From NCBI GenBank assembly GCA_963747235.1, contig CAVVEU010000008.1, forward strand, positions 64,001-128,000: a stretch of 64,000 nt of DNA. Direction: 5' to 3'. Below the pieces are notes generated by a model. The model was not told the origin of the DNA. It worked only from the letters and a program-made list of their open reading frames with translations, and did not search any database. This document shows positions 29,001 to 40,374 of this stretch, piece after piece. The position numbers and the translations under genes are program-made. The stretch's first letter is position 1. Each line of letters begins with the position of its first letter. Source of the DNA: an uncultured Candidatus Rokubacteria bacterium. GTDB lineage: Bacteria; Methylomirabilota; Methylomirabilia; Rokubacteriales; CSP1-6.

Positions 29001-30683
29001 TTGAACATCACCGATCATCTGACGGACGCATTGAGGCACGCGCTCGACGCCGCCGGGTTGCCCGCACCCACCGAGGTGCAGTGGGAGATCCCGCGTGAAG
29101 CGCGGCACGGCGACTATGCGACCAATGCCCCGATGGCGCTGGCGCGCGAGGCCCGCCGCCCGCCCCGGAAGATCGCCGAGGCGGTGGTGGCCAATTTCCC
29201 GAAGTCGGAGGCCGTCGAGCGCCTCGAGATCGCGGGCCCCGGCTTCCTGAACGTCTTCCTCTCGTCGCGCTGGTGCGCGGCCGGTCTCCACGAGGTGCTG
29301 GCCGCGGGCGCGGACTACGGCCGGTCGGACGCGGGGAAGGGCACCGGCGTGCTCCTCGAGTTCGTCTCGGCCAATCCCACCGGCCCGCTCGTGATCGTCA
29401 ACGCGCGCGCGGCCGCGGTGGGCGACGCGCTCGCGCGCATCCTCCGGGGCCAGGGCTACCGCGTCGAGTCGTGGTACTACGTCAACGACGCGGGCAACCA
29501 GTTCATGGCGCTGGCGCGGTCGGTGGACGTGCGGCTGCGCCAGGCGCTGGGCGAGGCGGCCGAGCTGCCCGAGAACTCGTATCCGGGCGAGTACCTGATC
29601 GAGATGGTGGCGGAGTGGCTGGCCCGGGATCCGCAGGGCATGCGCGCGCTCGCCGCGCGGCCGGAGGCGGAGCGCATCGAGCGCCTCGGGCGCCTCGCCG
29701 TCGACGCGATGGTCGAGAGCCAGCGTCGCGTGCTCGAGGACTACGGCACCCGCTTCGATCGCTGGGCCCACGAGCAGCGCGACGTGCGCGACGTGGCCCG
29801 GCCCGAGGCGGCGCTCGAGGCGCTCACCGCGGCGGGCCACACCTACGAGCTGGACGGGGCGCTCTGGTTCCGGTCCACCGCGTTCGGCGACGACAAGGAC
29901 CGGGTGCTGCGGAAGTCGGACGGCGAGCTGACCTACTTCGCGGTGGACATCGGCTTCCACCACTTCGAGAAGTTCCTGCGGGTCGATCACGTCATCAACT
30001 TCCTGGGGCCGGATCACCACGGGTACGTCCAGCGCATGCGGGCCGCGATGCAGGCGCTCGGCCACGCGCCCGAGCGCTTCGACGTGCTCATCGTCCAGCT
30101 CGTGACCCTGCTGCGCGACGGCCAGCCGGTGCGGATGTCCAAGCGCCGCGGCGAGTTCGTGCTGATGGAGGAGCTGCTGGAGGAGGTCGGCCGCGACGCC
30201 GCGCGCTTCACCTTCCTCACGCGGCGGCACGACAGCCCGCTCGAGTTCGATCTCGCGGTGGCCACGCGGCAGTCCTCCGACAACCCGGTGTTCTACGTGC
30301 AGTACGCCCACGCGCGCGTCGCCAGCCTCTTCCGGACCGCGGCGGAGCAGGGCGTGGCGGTGCCGCCCTGGGTGGAGGTGGACTTCGCCCCGCTCGCGCT
30401 CGACGAGGAGCAGGCCCTCATCAAGCGGCTGCTGCAGTACCCCGAGCTGGTGGCGGGGGCGGCGCGGGCCCGCGAGCCGCATCGCGTGGCCTACTATCTC
30501 AGCGAGCTGGCCGGGCTCTTCCACCCGTACTACAAGGCCCATCGCGTGATCACGTCGGACCGCGCGACGACGCTGGCCCGCCTGGGCCTCTGCGCCGCGG
30601 TGGGCCAGGTGCTCCGCAACGGCCTCGACCTGCTCGGCGTGTCGGCGCCCGCCAGCATGAGCCGCGCCGACGAGCGCGACTGA
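29001..30683 (+). CDS. argS: Arginine--tRNA ligase
   Basis: HGDYATN, AGPGFLN, EFVSANPTGPL, YVNDAGNQ, DDKDRVL, RMSKR, NPVFYVQYAHAR; probable TTG start. Confidence 0.95.
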   Translation: MNITDHLTDALRHALDAAGLPAPTEVQWEIPREARHGDYATNAPMALAREARRPPRKIAEAVVANFPKSEAVERLEIAGPGFLNVFLSSRWCAAGLHEVLAAGADYGRSDAGKGTGVLLEFVSANPTGPLVIVNARAAAVGDALARILRGQGYRVESWYYVNDAGNQFMALARSVDVRLRQALGEAAELPENSYPGEYLIEMVAEWLARDPQGMRALAARPEAERIERLGRLAVDAMVESQRRVLEDYGTRFDRWAHEQRDVRDVARPEAALEALTAAGHTYELDGALWFRSTAFGDDKDRVLRKSDGELTYFAVDIGFHHFEKFLRVDHVINFLGPDHHGYVQRMRAAMQALGHAPERFDVLIVQLVTLLRDGQPVRMSKRRGEFVLMEELLEEVGRDAARFTFLTRRHDSPLEFDLAVATRQSSDNPVFYVQYAHARVASLFRTAAEQGVAVPPWVEVDFAPLALDEEQALIKRLLQYPELVAGAARAREPHRVAYYLSELAGLFHPYYKAHRVITSDRATTLARLGLCAAVGQVLRNGLDLLGVSAPASMSRADERD

Positions 30684-30684
30684 C

Positions 30685-31491
30685 ATGGCCTCCTCGGCGC
30701 GGCGGCGAGCGGGAGGCGGACCTGGCGGGGCCCAGTGGATGGCGCTCGGCGGCGCCGTGCTGGTCATCCTGGGCCTCACGTTCGCCCTCGGGCTGCTGGT
30801 CGGCCGGCAGTGGGCGCGGCACGCGGCTACTGCGGTGGTCGCCGGTGTCACCGAGCCCGCCAAGAAGCCCGCTGCGCCCCCGCGCCGCAGCGGCATCGCG
30901 GCCGAGACCATGGCCGATCGCGCGCCCGAGTCGACCGAGAAGCTCACGTTCTACAAGACGCTGACCGAGCCGCTCGATGGTCCCGGGGCGGCGCCCAAGC
31001 CCGAGGCCAAGCCGGTCGCGATCAAGATCCCGCCCGCCACGCCCTCGACGCTCCCGCCCCCGGCGCCGACGCCCGCGCCGGCCCCGGCGCCCCCTGTGGC
31101 CGCGGCCAAGCCCGCGCCTCCAACCGCCCCGCCAGTCTCCCTCCCACCGCTCCCCGGAAAGACTGCGGACGGGGGGAGTGCGGGGGCCATTTCTGGGCCC
31201 CCGCATTCAAACAGAGCCTCAGCGAGCGCTGCAGTAAACCCTTCGAGCACCCCGTCCATCCCGTACACCATCCAGGTCGGCGCCTACAAGAACCGCCGCC
31301 AGGCGGACGACTCGCGGCAGCAGCTCGCCACCGCCGGGCTGGACGCCTACGTGGTCGCCCTGGCCGCGCAGGAAGGGGTGGCCCGCTACCGGGTGCGCGT
31401 GGGCACGTACCGGTCCCGCGAGGAAGCGGCCGCGGCCGCCGAGCGGCTCCGCGCCCAGCGCTCGCTGACCACGTTCGTCACGCCCAAGTAA
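30685..31491 (+). CDS. SPOR domain cell-division protein (FtsN/DedD-like)
   Basis: N-terminal TM, LTFYKTL, Pro-rich linker, YTIQVGAY..YRVRVG; follows argS. Confidence 0.88.
   Translation: MASSARRRAGGGPGGAQWMALGGAVLVILGLTFALGLLVGRQWARHAATAVVAGVTEPAKKPAAPPRRSGIAAETMADRAPESTEKLTFYKTLTEPLDGPGAAPKPEAKPVAIKIPPATPSTLPPPAPTPAPAPAPPVAAAKPAPPTAPPVSLPPLPGKTADGGSAGAISGPPHSNRASASAAVNPSSTPSIPYTIQVGAYKNRRQADDSRQQLATAGLDAYVVALAAQEGVARYRVRVGTYRSREEAAAAAERLRAQRSLTTFVTPK
31172..31207 (+). repeat. 36-bp palindromic REP-like element, copy 1 (inside the SPOR gene)
   Basis: GGGGGAGTGCGGGGGCCATTTCTGGGCCCCCGCATT, identical to the reverse complement of 34061-34096. Confidence 0.9.
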
Positions 31492-31496
31492 GGGCC

Positions 31497-31586
31497 TGCC
31501 GGTGGATGGCGAGGCGCAGCCGAAGGCGAGCCGAGCGGATATGCCGGTGGATGGCGAGGCGCAGCCGAAGGCGAGCCGAGCGGATA
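31497..31586 (+). repeat. Perfect 2 x 45-bp tandem repeat
   Basis: TGCCGGTGGATGGCGAGGCGCAGCCGAAGGCGAGCCGAGCGGATA at 31497-31541 and 31542-31586. Confidence 0.92.
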
Positions 31587-32128
31587 TGACCATGGACCGG
31601 CGCATCGGGCGCACCCTGATCTCCCGCGACGAGATCGCGGCCCGCGTGAGCGAGCTGGGGGAGGCCATCGGCCGCGACTACGCGGGCCGGGCGCCGGTGC
31701 TGGTCGGCGTGCTCAAGGGGGCGGTGGTCTTCACGGCCGACCTCCTGCGGGCCATCCCCATGCCGGCCGCGATGGACTTCATGGCGGTCTCCTCCTACGG
31801 CTCGGGCACGCGGTCCTCGGGCGTGGTGCGCCTCACCGCCGACCTGTCGCTGTCCATCGAGGGCCGGGACGTGATCATCGTCGAGGACGTCATCGACTCG
31901 GGGCGGACCATCAGCTACCTGCGCCGCAACCTGGCCACCCGGCACCCCCGGAGCCTGGCCCTCTGCGGGCTGCTCGACAAGGTCTCCCGCCGGGAGGTGG
32001 ACGTGGACGTGGACTACGTGGGGTTCGTGATCCCGGACGAGTTCGTGGTGGGCTACGGCCTCGACTTCGACGGCCGGCACCGGGAGCTGCCGGATCTGGC
32101 CGTTCTGGAGCCCGTCACGCCCTCGTGA
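31586..32128 (+). CDS. hpt: Hypoxanthine phosphoribosyltransferase
   Basis: VLKGA, DFMAVSSY, IIVEDVIDSG.T, LLDK, FVVGYGLD. Confidence 0.95.
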   Translation: MTMDRRIGRTLISRDEIAARVSELGEAIGRDYAGRAPVLVGVLKGAVVFTADLLRAIPMPAAMDFMAVSSYGSGTRSSGVVRLTADLSLSIEGRDVIIVEDVIDSGRTISYLRRNLATRHPRSLALCGLLDKVSRREVDVDVDYVGFVIPDEFVVGYGLDFDGRHRELPDLAVLEPVTPS

Positions 32129-32182
32129 TCCGGGTCGGGGCGCCCCCCGCAACCCCTCGCGCCGTATGATATGATTCCCTGC

Positions 32183-33994
<1,812 letters not shown>

Positions 33995-34060
33995 CCCGCA
34001 TAGCCGTTCCGGCGCTTGAGCGGTCCGCGAGGCCTTTCAGACGAACCCGCCCCTCTTTCT

Positions 34061-34096
34061 AATGCGGGGGCCCAGAAATGGCCCCCGCACTCCCCC
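34061..34096 (-). repeat. 36-bp palindromic REP-like element, copy 2 (ftsH-folP intergenic)
   Basis: Exact inverted copy of 31172-31207; GC-rich hairpin. Confidence 0.9.
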
Positions 34097-34236
34097 AATT
34101 GGCGCGGCCGGCGGACACTCGGTGACAGCCTGGTTCCCCCCGGGCTAGCGGACGCTCGTCCTGGGCCTTTTTCTGTATTTCCGGCTCCCGCGGGCGCCCG
34201 GTGCGGTGATAAGTTAGTCGTGGAGCAATCCCCCTC

Positions 34237-35088
34237 ATGAACCGCGCGATCGTGGCAGGAGTGTCGGTCGGCGATGGCCTGGACGTGGCCGTCGTGGGGG
34301 CGCTCAACGTGAGCCCGGAGTCCTTCTATTCGGGCTCGGTGGTCGTGGACGCCGACCGGCTGCTCCAGGCCGGGGAGGCCATGGCTCGGGCCGGGGCGGC
34401 CTGGCTCGACGTGGGGGCCATGTCCACCGCGCCCTATCTGGAGACCCGGATCCCGGAGGCGCAGGAGGCGGACCGGCTCCACTGGGCGGTGGGGCTGCTC
34501 ACCACCAAGCTCGACCTGCCCGTGTCGGCCGACGTGAGCCGCGTGGGGCCGGCCCGGGCCGCGCTCGAGGCCGGCGCCCGCATGATCAACGACGTGACCG
34601 GCCTGGCGGGCGATCCGGGCCTGGCGCGGCTGACCGCCGAGTCGGGGGCCGCTCTCGTGCTCATGGCCGCGCCAGCCACGGCCGCACCCACCGGCGAGCC
34701 CGTGGCCACGGTGAGCGCCGCGCTCGAGCGGAGCCTGGCCATCGCGCGTGCCGCGGGGATCCCCGACGAGCGCATCCTGGTGGACCCGGGCATCGGCTTC
34801 TTCCGCGGCGACGGTGTGACCTGGCCCGAGTGGGACTGCCGCGTGCTGGCGGGGCTGCCCGCGCTGCGCGCGCTCGGCCGCCCGCTCTACGTCGGCGTCT
34901 CCCGCAAGTCGTTCATCGGGGCCGTGGCCGGGGTCGCGGATCCCGCCGAGCGCCTGCCGGGCTCGCTGGCGGCCACCGCCGCGGCGGTGCTGGGGGGCGC
35001 CCACGTCATCCGCGCCCACGACGTGGCCGAGACGGTCCAGGCGGTGCGCGTGGCCCAGGCCATCCGTCGCGCCGCCGAGAGCCGGTAG
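34237..35088 (+). CDS. folP: Dihydropteroate synthase (divergent loops)
   Basis: NVSPESF, INDV, DPGIGF, GVSRKSF, RAHDV; follows ftsH. Confidence 0.92.
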   Translation: MNRAIVAGVSVGDGLDVAVVGALNVSPESFYSGSVVVDADRLLQAGEAMARAGAAWLDVGAMSTAPYLETRIPEAQEADRLHWAVGLLTTKLDLPVSADVSRVGPARAALEAGARMINDVTGLAGDPGLARLTAESGAALVLMAAPATAAPTGEPVATVSAALERSLAIARAAGIPDERILVDPGIGFFRGDGVTWPEWDCRVLAGLPALRALGRPLYVGVSRKSFIGAVAGVADPAERLPGSLAATAAAVLGGAHVIRAHDVAETVQAVRVAQAIRRAAESR

Positions 35089-35094
35089 CCCGCC

Positions 35095-35919
35095 ATGTGG
35101 CCCGCGCTCCAGACCTTCCGGCTCCGCGACGCGATCGACATCGTGGTGGTGGCCATCGTGCTCTACCGCGTCTTCGTGATGTTCAAGGAGACGCGCGCGG
35201 TCCAGATGCTGCTCGGCCTGGCCGGCCTCATGGTCGCGTCGTTCGTGGCGCGCCACTTCGACCTCTTCAGCACGAGCTGGCTGCTCGACAACTTCTGGTC
35301 GTTCTGGGTGCTCGCCCTGATCGTGCTCTTCCAGCCCGAGCTGCGCCGCGCGCTCACCCGGCTCGGCGAGAGCCGCCTCTTCCAGGGCATGGCGCTGGGG
35401 GCCCGCGAGGAGCGCGGCCACCTCATCGACGAGGTCATCAAGGCGGCCGACGCCCTGGCCAGCAAGCGCATCGGCGCCCTCATCGTGCTCGAGCGCAGCA
35501 CCGGCCTGCGCAACTACGCGGAGCTCGGGGTGCCGCTCGACGCGATGGTCTCGGCCGACCTGCTCGTGAGCCTGTTCCTGCCGTACTCGCCGCTGCACGA
35601 CGGCGCCGCCTTCATCCGGGGCGACCGGATCGCCGCCGCCGGCTGCTTCCTGCCGCTCTCGCGCAACACCCAGCTCGGCCGCAACATGGGCACGCGGCAC
35701 CGGGCGGGCCTGGGCCTGGCCGAGGAGACCGACGCGGTGGTGCTGATCGTCTCGGAGGAGGCCGGGCGCATCTCGCTCGCGGTGGACGGCCAGATGGAGT
35801 CGCCGCTGGACCTCGACGCGCTCCGCCGCCGGCTGGCCGAGCTCTTTTCCCTGGAAGAAGCGCCGCTCCCGCGCCGGACCGCGTGGTGGGAGCCGGCCCG
35901 GGAGTGGCTCCGCAAATGA
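35095..35919 (+). CDS. cdaA: Diadenylate cyclase CdaA
   Basis: Three TMs, FQPELRRAL, PLHDGA, GTRHRA, VSEE. Confidence 0.95.
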   Translation: MWPALQTFRLRDAIDIVVVAIVLYRVFVMFKETRAVQMLLGLAGLMVASFVARHFDLFSTSWLLDNFWSFWVLALIVLFQPELRRALTRLGESRLFQGMALGAREERGHLIDEVIKAADALASKRIGALIVLERSTGLRNYAELGVPLDAMVSADLLVSLFLPYSPLHDGAAFIRGDRIAAAGCFLPLSRNTQLGRNMGTRHRAGLGLAEETDAVVLIVSEEAGRISLAVDGQMESPLDLDALRRRLAELFSLEEAPLPRRTAWWEPAREWLRK

Positions 35920-36293
35920 GCGTGCTCACGCGGCACTGGGAGCTCAAGCTGCTCGCCCTGGGCGTCTCCATGGTGCTCTGGGCCTTCGTCATGACGTCCG
36001 AGAAGTCGGACCTGATCATGGCGGCGCCGCTCGAGCTCGACAATGTTCCGGCCGGGCTCGAGGTGAAGGGCGAGCGGCCGGACAGCGTGGACGTGCAGCT
36101 GCACGGCCTGCGCGGAACGCTGTCGCGCCTCGGGAGCGACCGGGTGAAGGCGCGGCTCAACCTGTCAGGATCGAAAGCGGGTGAGGTGACGATGCGTGTG
36201 CTTCCCGAGCAGATCACGGTGCCGGCCGGCATCACGGTGGTGCGGGTGAACCCCTCCCGCGTCCGCCTCGTCCTCGGAGCCCCCCGCTCGTGA
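35916..36293 (+). CDS. cdaR: CdaR/YbbR-like protein (single short domain)
   Basis: WELKLLAL..LW anchor and one YbbR-like domain between cdaA and glmM. Confidence 0.8.
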   Translation: MSVLTRHWELKLLALGVSMVLWAFVMTSEKSDLIMAAPLELDNVPAGLEVKGERPDSVDVQLHGLRGTLSRLGSDRVKARLNLSGSKAGEVTMRVLPEQITVPAGITVVRVNPSRVRLVLGAPRS

Positions 36294-37639
36294 CCCGCCT
36301 GTTCGGCACCGACGGGATCCGGGGCCTCGCCAACAAGCCCCCGCTGACCACCGAGCTGGCCTTCCGCCTCGGACGCCAGCTCGTCGCCACCCTGATCCAG
36401 CACGACCCCACCAAGAAGACGCGCCTGGTCGTCGGGCGGGACACGCGGCTCTCCGGGCCCATGCTCGAGGGCGCGCTGGTCTCGGGCGCGCTCTCCGCGG
36501 GCGGCGACGTCTACGCGGTCGGCGTGCTCCCGACCCCCGCGATCGCGTTTCTCACCCGCCGCCTGGAGGCCCACGGCGGGGTGGTGCTCTCGGCCTCGCA
36601 CAACTCGTTCGAGGACAACGGCATCAAGATCTTCTCCTCGGAGGGCTCCAAGTTCCCGGACGCCTGGGAAGAGGAGATCGAGGCGCGCCTGAACCGCCCC
36701 GACACCGCGCCGTGGCCGACCGGCGTGGACATCGGCCGGCTCGTCGTCCACGAGGCGGCGGAGGCCGACTACATCGCGCACGCGCGCGCGTCCTGCCCGC
36801 ACGATCTCCGCGACGTGCGCATCGTGCTGGACTGCGCGCACGGCGCCACCTATCGGGTCGCCCCCGAGATCTTCCGCCGCCTGGGCGCCGACGTGCGGGT
36901 GCTGAACGCGAGCCCCGACGGCCAGAACATCAACCGCGGCGTGGGGGCCATGCATCCGGAGGGGCTGCAGAAGGAGGTCCTGCGCTCGCGGGCCCAGCTC
37001 GGGCTCGCCTTCGACGGTGACGGGGACCGCCTCATCTCGGTGGACGAGGCGGGCCAGATCCGCGACGGCGACTACGCGCTGGCCATCTGCGGGCGGCATC
37101 TCGCGACGCGCGGGCAGCTCAAGGGCGGCACGGTGGTCACCACCGTCATGGCCAACCTCGCGCTCGACCGGACGCTGACCAAGGCCGGCATCGGCCTCGC
37201 CAAGGTCGCGGTCGGGGACCGGTACGTGCTGGAGGAGATGCTGCGCATCGGGGCCAACCTGGGCGGCGAGCAGTCGGGCCACCTGCTCTTCCTCGATCAC
37301 GCCACCACCGGAGACGGCATCGTCTCCGCGCTCCAGCTCATCGGGGTCATGCGCGAGAGCGGCGCCACGCTGGGCGAGCTGGCCCAGTGCCTCGTGAAGT
37401 TCCCCCAGGTGCTCGTCAACGTGCGGGTGAAGATCAAGCCGCCGGTGAACACGATTCCCGATCTCGCGGAGCGGGTGCAGGGGCTCGAGGCCGAGATGAA
37501 CGGCGCGGGGCGGATCCTGCTGCGCTACTCCGGCACCGAGTCGCTCCTGCGCGTGATGATCGAGGGCGAGGAGCAGGCGCGCATCGAGCATATGGCCGAG
37601 GAGCTGGCCGGCATCATCCGCCGGGCCATCGGGGCATGA
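36290..37639 (+). CDS. glmM: Phosphoglucosamine mutase
   Basis: FGTDGIRG, SASHN, DGDGDR, GGEQSGH, RYSGTE. Confidence 0.97.
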   Translation: MTRLFGTDGIRGLANKPPLTTELAFRLGRQLVATLIQHDPTKKTRLVVGRDTRLSGPMLEGALVSGALSAGGDVYAVGVLPTPAIAFLTRRLEAHGGVVLSASHNSFEDNGIKIFSSEGSKFPDAWEEEIEARLNRPDTAPWPTGVDIGRLVVHEAAEADYIAHARASCPHDLRDVRIVLDCAHGATYRVAPEIFRRLGADVRVLNASPDGQNINRGVGAMHPEGLQKEVLRSRAQLGLAFDGDGDRLISVDEAGQIRDGDYALAICGRHLATRGQLKGGTVVTTVMANLALDRTLTKAGIGLAKVAVGDRYVLEEMLRIGANLGGEQSGHLLFLDHATTGDGIVSALQLIGVMRESGATLGELAQCLVKFPQVLVNVRVKIKPPVNTIPDLAERVQGLEAEMNGAGRILLRYSGTESLLRVMIEGEEQARIEHMAEELAGIIRRAIGA

Positions 37640-38049
37640 GCCGGGTGCTGGGCATCGGGGTGGACCTCACCCAGATGCCCCGGATGCGCCGCGTGGTGGC
37701 CCGCTGGGACGAACGCTTTCTCCGGCGCGTGTTCACCGAGGGGGAGATCGCCTACTGCCGCCGCCGCCGCGATCCGATCCCGCACTTCGCGGCCCGCTTC
37801 GCGGCCAAGGAAGCCACGCTGAAGGCGCTCGGTACCGGCCTCCGCATGGGCGTGAACTGGCGCGAGCTCGAGGTGCGCCGCGAGCGCGGGCAGGCTCCCA
37901 CCATGACGCTCCACGGCAAGAGCCGCGCGATCGCCCTCGCCAAGGGCGGCGACCAGGTGCTGCTCTCGCTCACCCACGACGGCGAGTACGCGATGGCGCA
38001 GGCCATGCTGATCGGCGACGGCGCTGATGACGAGGCGGGGCCCCGGTAG
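37636..38049 (+). CDS. acpS: Holo-[acyl-carrier-protein] synthase
   Basis: GIGVD, FT..E, AARFAAKEA..KALGTG, SLTHD. Confidence 0.95.
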   Translation: MSRVLGIGVDLTQMPRMRRVVARWDERFLRRVFTEGEIAYCRRRRDPIPHFAARFAAKEATLKALGTGLRMGVNWRELEVRRERGQAPTMTLHGKSRAIALAKGGDQVLLSLTHDGEYAMAQAMLIGDGADDEAGPR

Positions 38050-38819
38050 TCTCGTGGTTGGTCTCGCCCTCCTCGTCCAGGGTTGCGCGGGGCTGATCAC
38101 GGGGAAGGATTCGACCGAGGCGCCGCCCGCGCCCGCCGCTCCGGCGCCCCGGACTCCGCTCCCGGGCGGGAGCGTGCAGGTCGAGAAGGGCCGGCCCGGC
38201 TTCGTCATCGCGGCCCCGCACGGCACCTCCGACATCGCCACCGACGTGATGGGACGCGCGCTCGCGAAGCTCACCGGGTTCGGCCTGGTGGTCGCGACCG
38301 GCTACGCCAATCTCGACGGCGAGGGCCGGCGCTTCAACGTCAATCGCCCGACCGAGAGCGCGCCCGGCGTCGCCGCGCGCCTCGAGGTGGAGACCGCGGC
38401 CGCACGCCAGGTCTACCAGGACTATCGCCGGCACGTGACCGAGGCCGCCCAGGGCGCGGTCCGGCTCTACGTGGAGGTCCACGGCAACATGCGCCCGGAG
38501 AGCGCGGGCCGCGTGGAGATCGCCACGGTGGGCGTGAGCCGCGACGATGCCTGGCGGCTCAAGACCCTGCTGGAGCTGATCCGCGACAGCCGGCTGCGAG
38601 GGCGACGTGCCGCGCCTCGAGGTGTGGGTGGAATCGCAGGACCCGGTCGTCTACACCGCCTCCGCGGCCAAGCAGTCGGGCATCCTGGCCCAGACGCCGC
38701 TCGCGATCCACATCGAGCTGCCGCGCGTGGCCCGGACCACCCACCGGGAGGCCTACACGACGGTGCTCGCCGACTTCCTCATCCAGTCGGCGGCCCTGCT
38801 GCTGCCGCCTCCCCGCTGA
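38027..38819 (+). CDS. Hypothetical lipoprotein, possible zinc-hydrolase fold (frameshift near 38600)
   Basis: Lipobox LVQGC; IAAPHG..D..TD, NVNRPTE, EVHG, HIELP. Confidence 0.6.
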
Positions 38820-38823
38820 CGCC

Positions 38824-40374
38824 GTGCTCCCCGTCTTCACCGCCGCGGAGATGCGGGCGCTCGACGCGCGCGCCATCCGCGAGCTCGGCATTCCCGGGCC
38901 GCGCCTCATGGACCATGCGGGCACCGGCGCGGCCGCGCTCATCGCCCGGTGGCTCGCGCCGATCCGCGGCAAGGTGGTGGTCGTCGTGTGCGGCAAGGGC
39001 AACAACGGCGGCGACGGCTTCGTGGTCGCGCGGCGGCTCAAGGCCCGCGGCGCCGCGATCCGTGTGCTCCTGGTGGGGCGGCGCGCCGAGGTGCGGGGTG
39101 ACGCGGCGGACGCGCTCGGGCGCTGGCGCGGCCGCGTCGAGGAGATCGCGGACCCGCGCGGGCTCGCGGGCGCGCTCGGCGGCGCCGAGCTCATCGTGGA
39201 CGCGCTGCTCGGCACCGGCGTGAGCGGCGCCGCGCGCGGGCCGATTGCCGCCGCCATCGAGGCCATCAACCGCGCCGGCGCGAATGGCGTGCCGGTCGTC
39301 GCGCTCGACCTGCCGTCCGGACTCGACGCCGATCGCGGCGCGCTGCTGGGGCCCACGGTGAAGGCCTGGCGCACCGTCACCTTCGCGGGGCTCAAGCGGA
39401 GCCTGCTGCTCGCGCCGGCGTCCGCGCAGGCCGGCGCCGTCGAGATCGGCGACATCGGCGTGCCCGCCGAGGAAGCGCGCCGGGGCATCACCACGTGGCG
39501 CCTCGAGGCCGCCGACGTGCGCCCGCTCTTTCCGCCGCGGGATCTCGATGCCCACAAGGGCCGCTTCGGCCACCTGCTGGTGGTCGCGGGCTCGCTCGGC
39601 AAGACCGGCGCCGCCGTGCTCGCGGGGCGCGCCGCCCTGCGGAGCGGCGTCGGCCTCTGCACGATCGCCGCGCCCGCCTCGCAGCAGCCCATCATCGCGG
39701 CGCAGGCGCCCGAGTACATGACCGAAGCGCTGCCCGAGACCGCCGCGCAGAGTCTCTCGCTGAAGTCCAGGGATCGCATCCTGGAGCTCGCCCGGCGCAT
39801 GGACGCGGTCGCCATCGGCCCCGGGCTCTCGCTCGATCCGGAAGCCCAGGAGCTGGCGCGGGTGCTGATCCGGGAGCTGGAGCAGCCGATGGTCGTGGAC
39901 GCCGACGCGCTGAGCGCCCTGGCCGGCCACCTCGATCTGCTGCGCCACGCCGCGGGCCCGCGCGCCCTCACCCCGCATCCCGGCGAGATGGCGCGCATGC
40001 TGGGCAGCACGATCGAGGCCGTGCAGGCCGATCGCATCGAGGTGACACGCACGTTCGCGCGCGAGCACGGCGTGGCGATCGCGCTGAAGGGCGCCCACAC
40101 CGTGATCGCCGGTCCGGACGGTCACGTGGCGATCAACCCCACCGGCAATCCCGGCATGGCCAAGGGCGGCTCGGGCGACGTGCTCACCGGGATCGTGGGC
40201 GCGCTGCTCGCGCGCGCGATCGAGCCGGCGGCCGCGCTGCGGGCGGGCTGCTACGTGCACGGCCTGGCGGCCGACGTGGCGGTGCGCGAGCGGGGCGAGT
40301 ACGGGATGCTCGCGAGCGACTTCATCGAGAGCCTGCCCGCCGCCCTCCGCGCGCTCGCGGGGGGCGGGGCATGA
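38824..40374 (+). CDS. nnr: Bifunctional NAD(P)H-hydrate epimerase/dehydratase
   Basis: GKGNNGGDG, DALLGTG, DLPSG, HKG, DADAL, TPHPGE, GGSGDVLTG. Confidence 0.95.
   Translation: MLPVFTAAEMRALDARAIRELGIPGPRLMDHAGTGAAALIARWLAPIRGKVVVVVCGKGNNGGDGFVVARRLKARGAAIRVLLVGRRAEVRGDAADALGRWRGRVEEIADPRGLAGALGGAELIVDALLGTGVSGAARGPIAAAIEAINRAGANGVPVVALDLPSGLDADRGALLGPTVKAWRTVTFAGLKRSLLLAPASAQAGAVEIGDIGVPAEEARRGITTWRLEAADVRPLFPPRDLDAHKGRFGHLLVVAGSLGKTGAAVLAGRAALRSGVGLCTIAAPASQQPIIAAQAPEYMTEALPETAAQSLSLKSRDRILELARRMDAVAIGPGLSLDPEAQELARVLIRELEQPMVVDADALSALAGHLDLLRHAAGPRALTPHPGEMARMLGSTIEAVQADRIEVTRTFAREHGVAIALKGAHTVIAGPDGHVAINPTGNPGMAKGGSGDVLTGIVGALLARAIEPAAALRAGCYVHGLAADVAVRERGEYGMLASDFIESLPAALRALAGGGA

Noticed and set aside
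31497-31586. Possible CRISPR array
   Set aside because: Only two directly abutting copies, no spacers and no cas genes.
33995-34236. Possible structured ncRNA between ftsH and folP
   Set aside because: Apart from the 36-bp repeat I see no recognisable RNA family motif; cannot be supported without covariance analysis.
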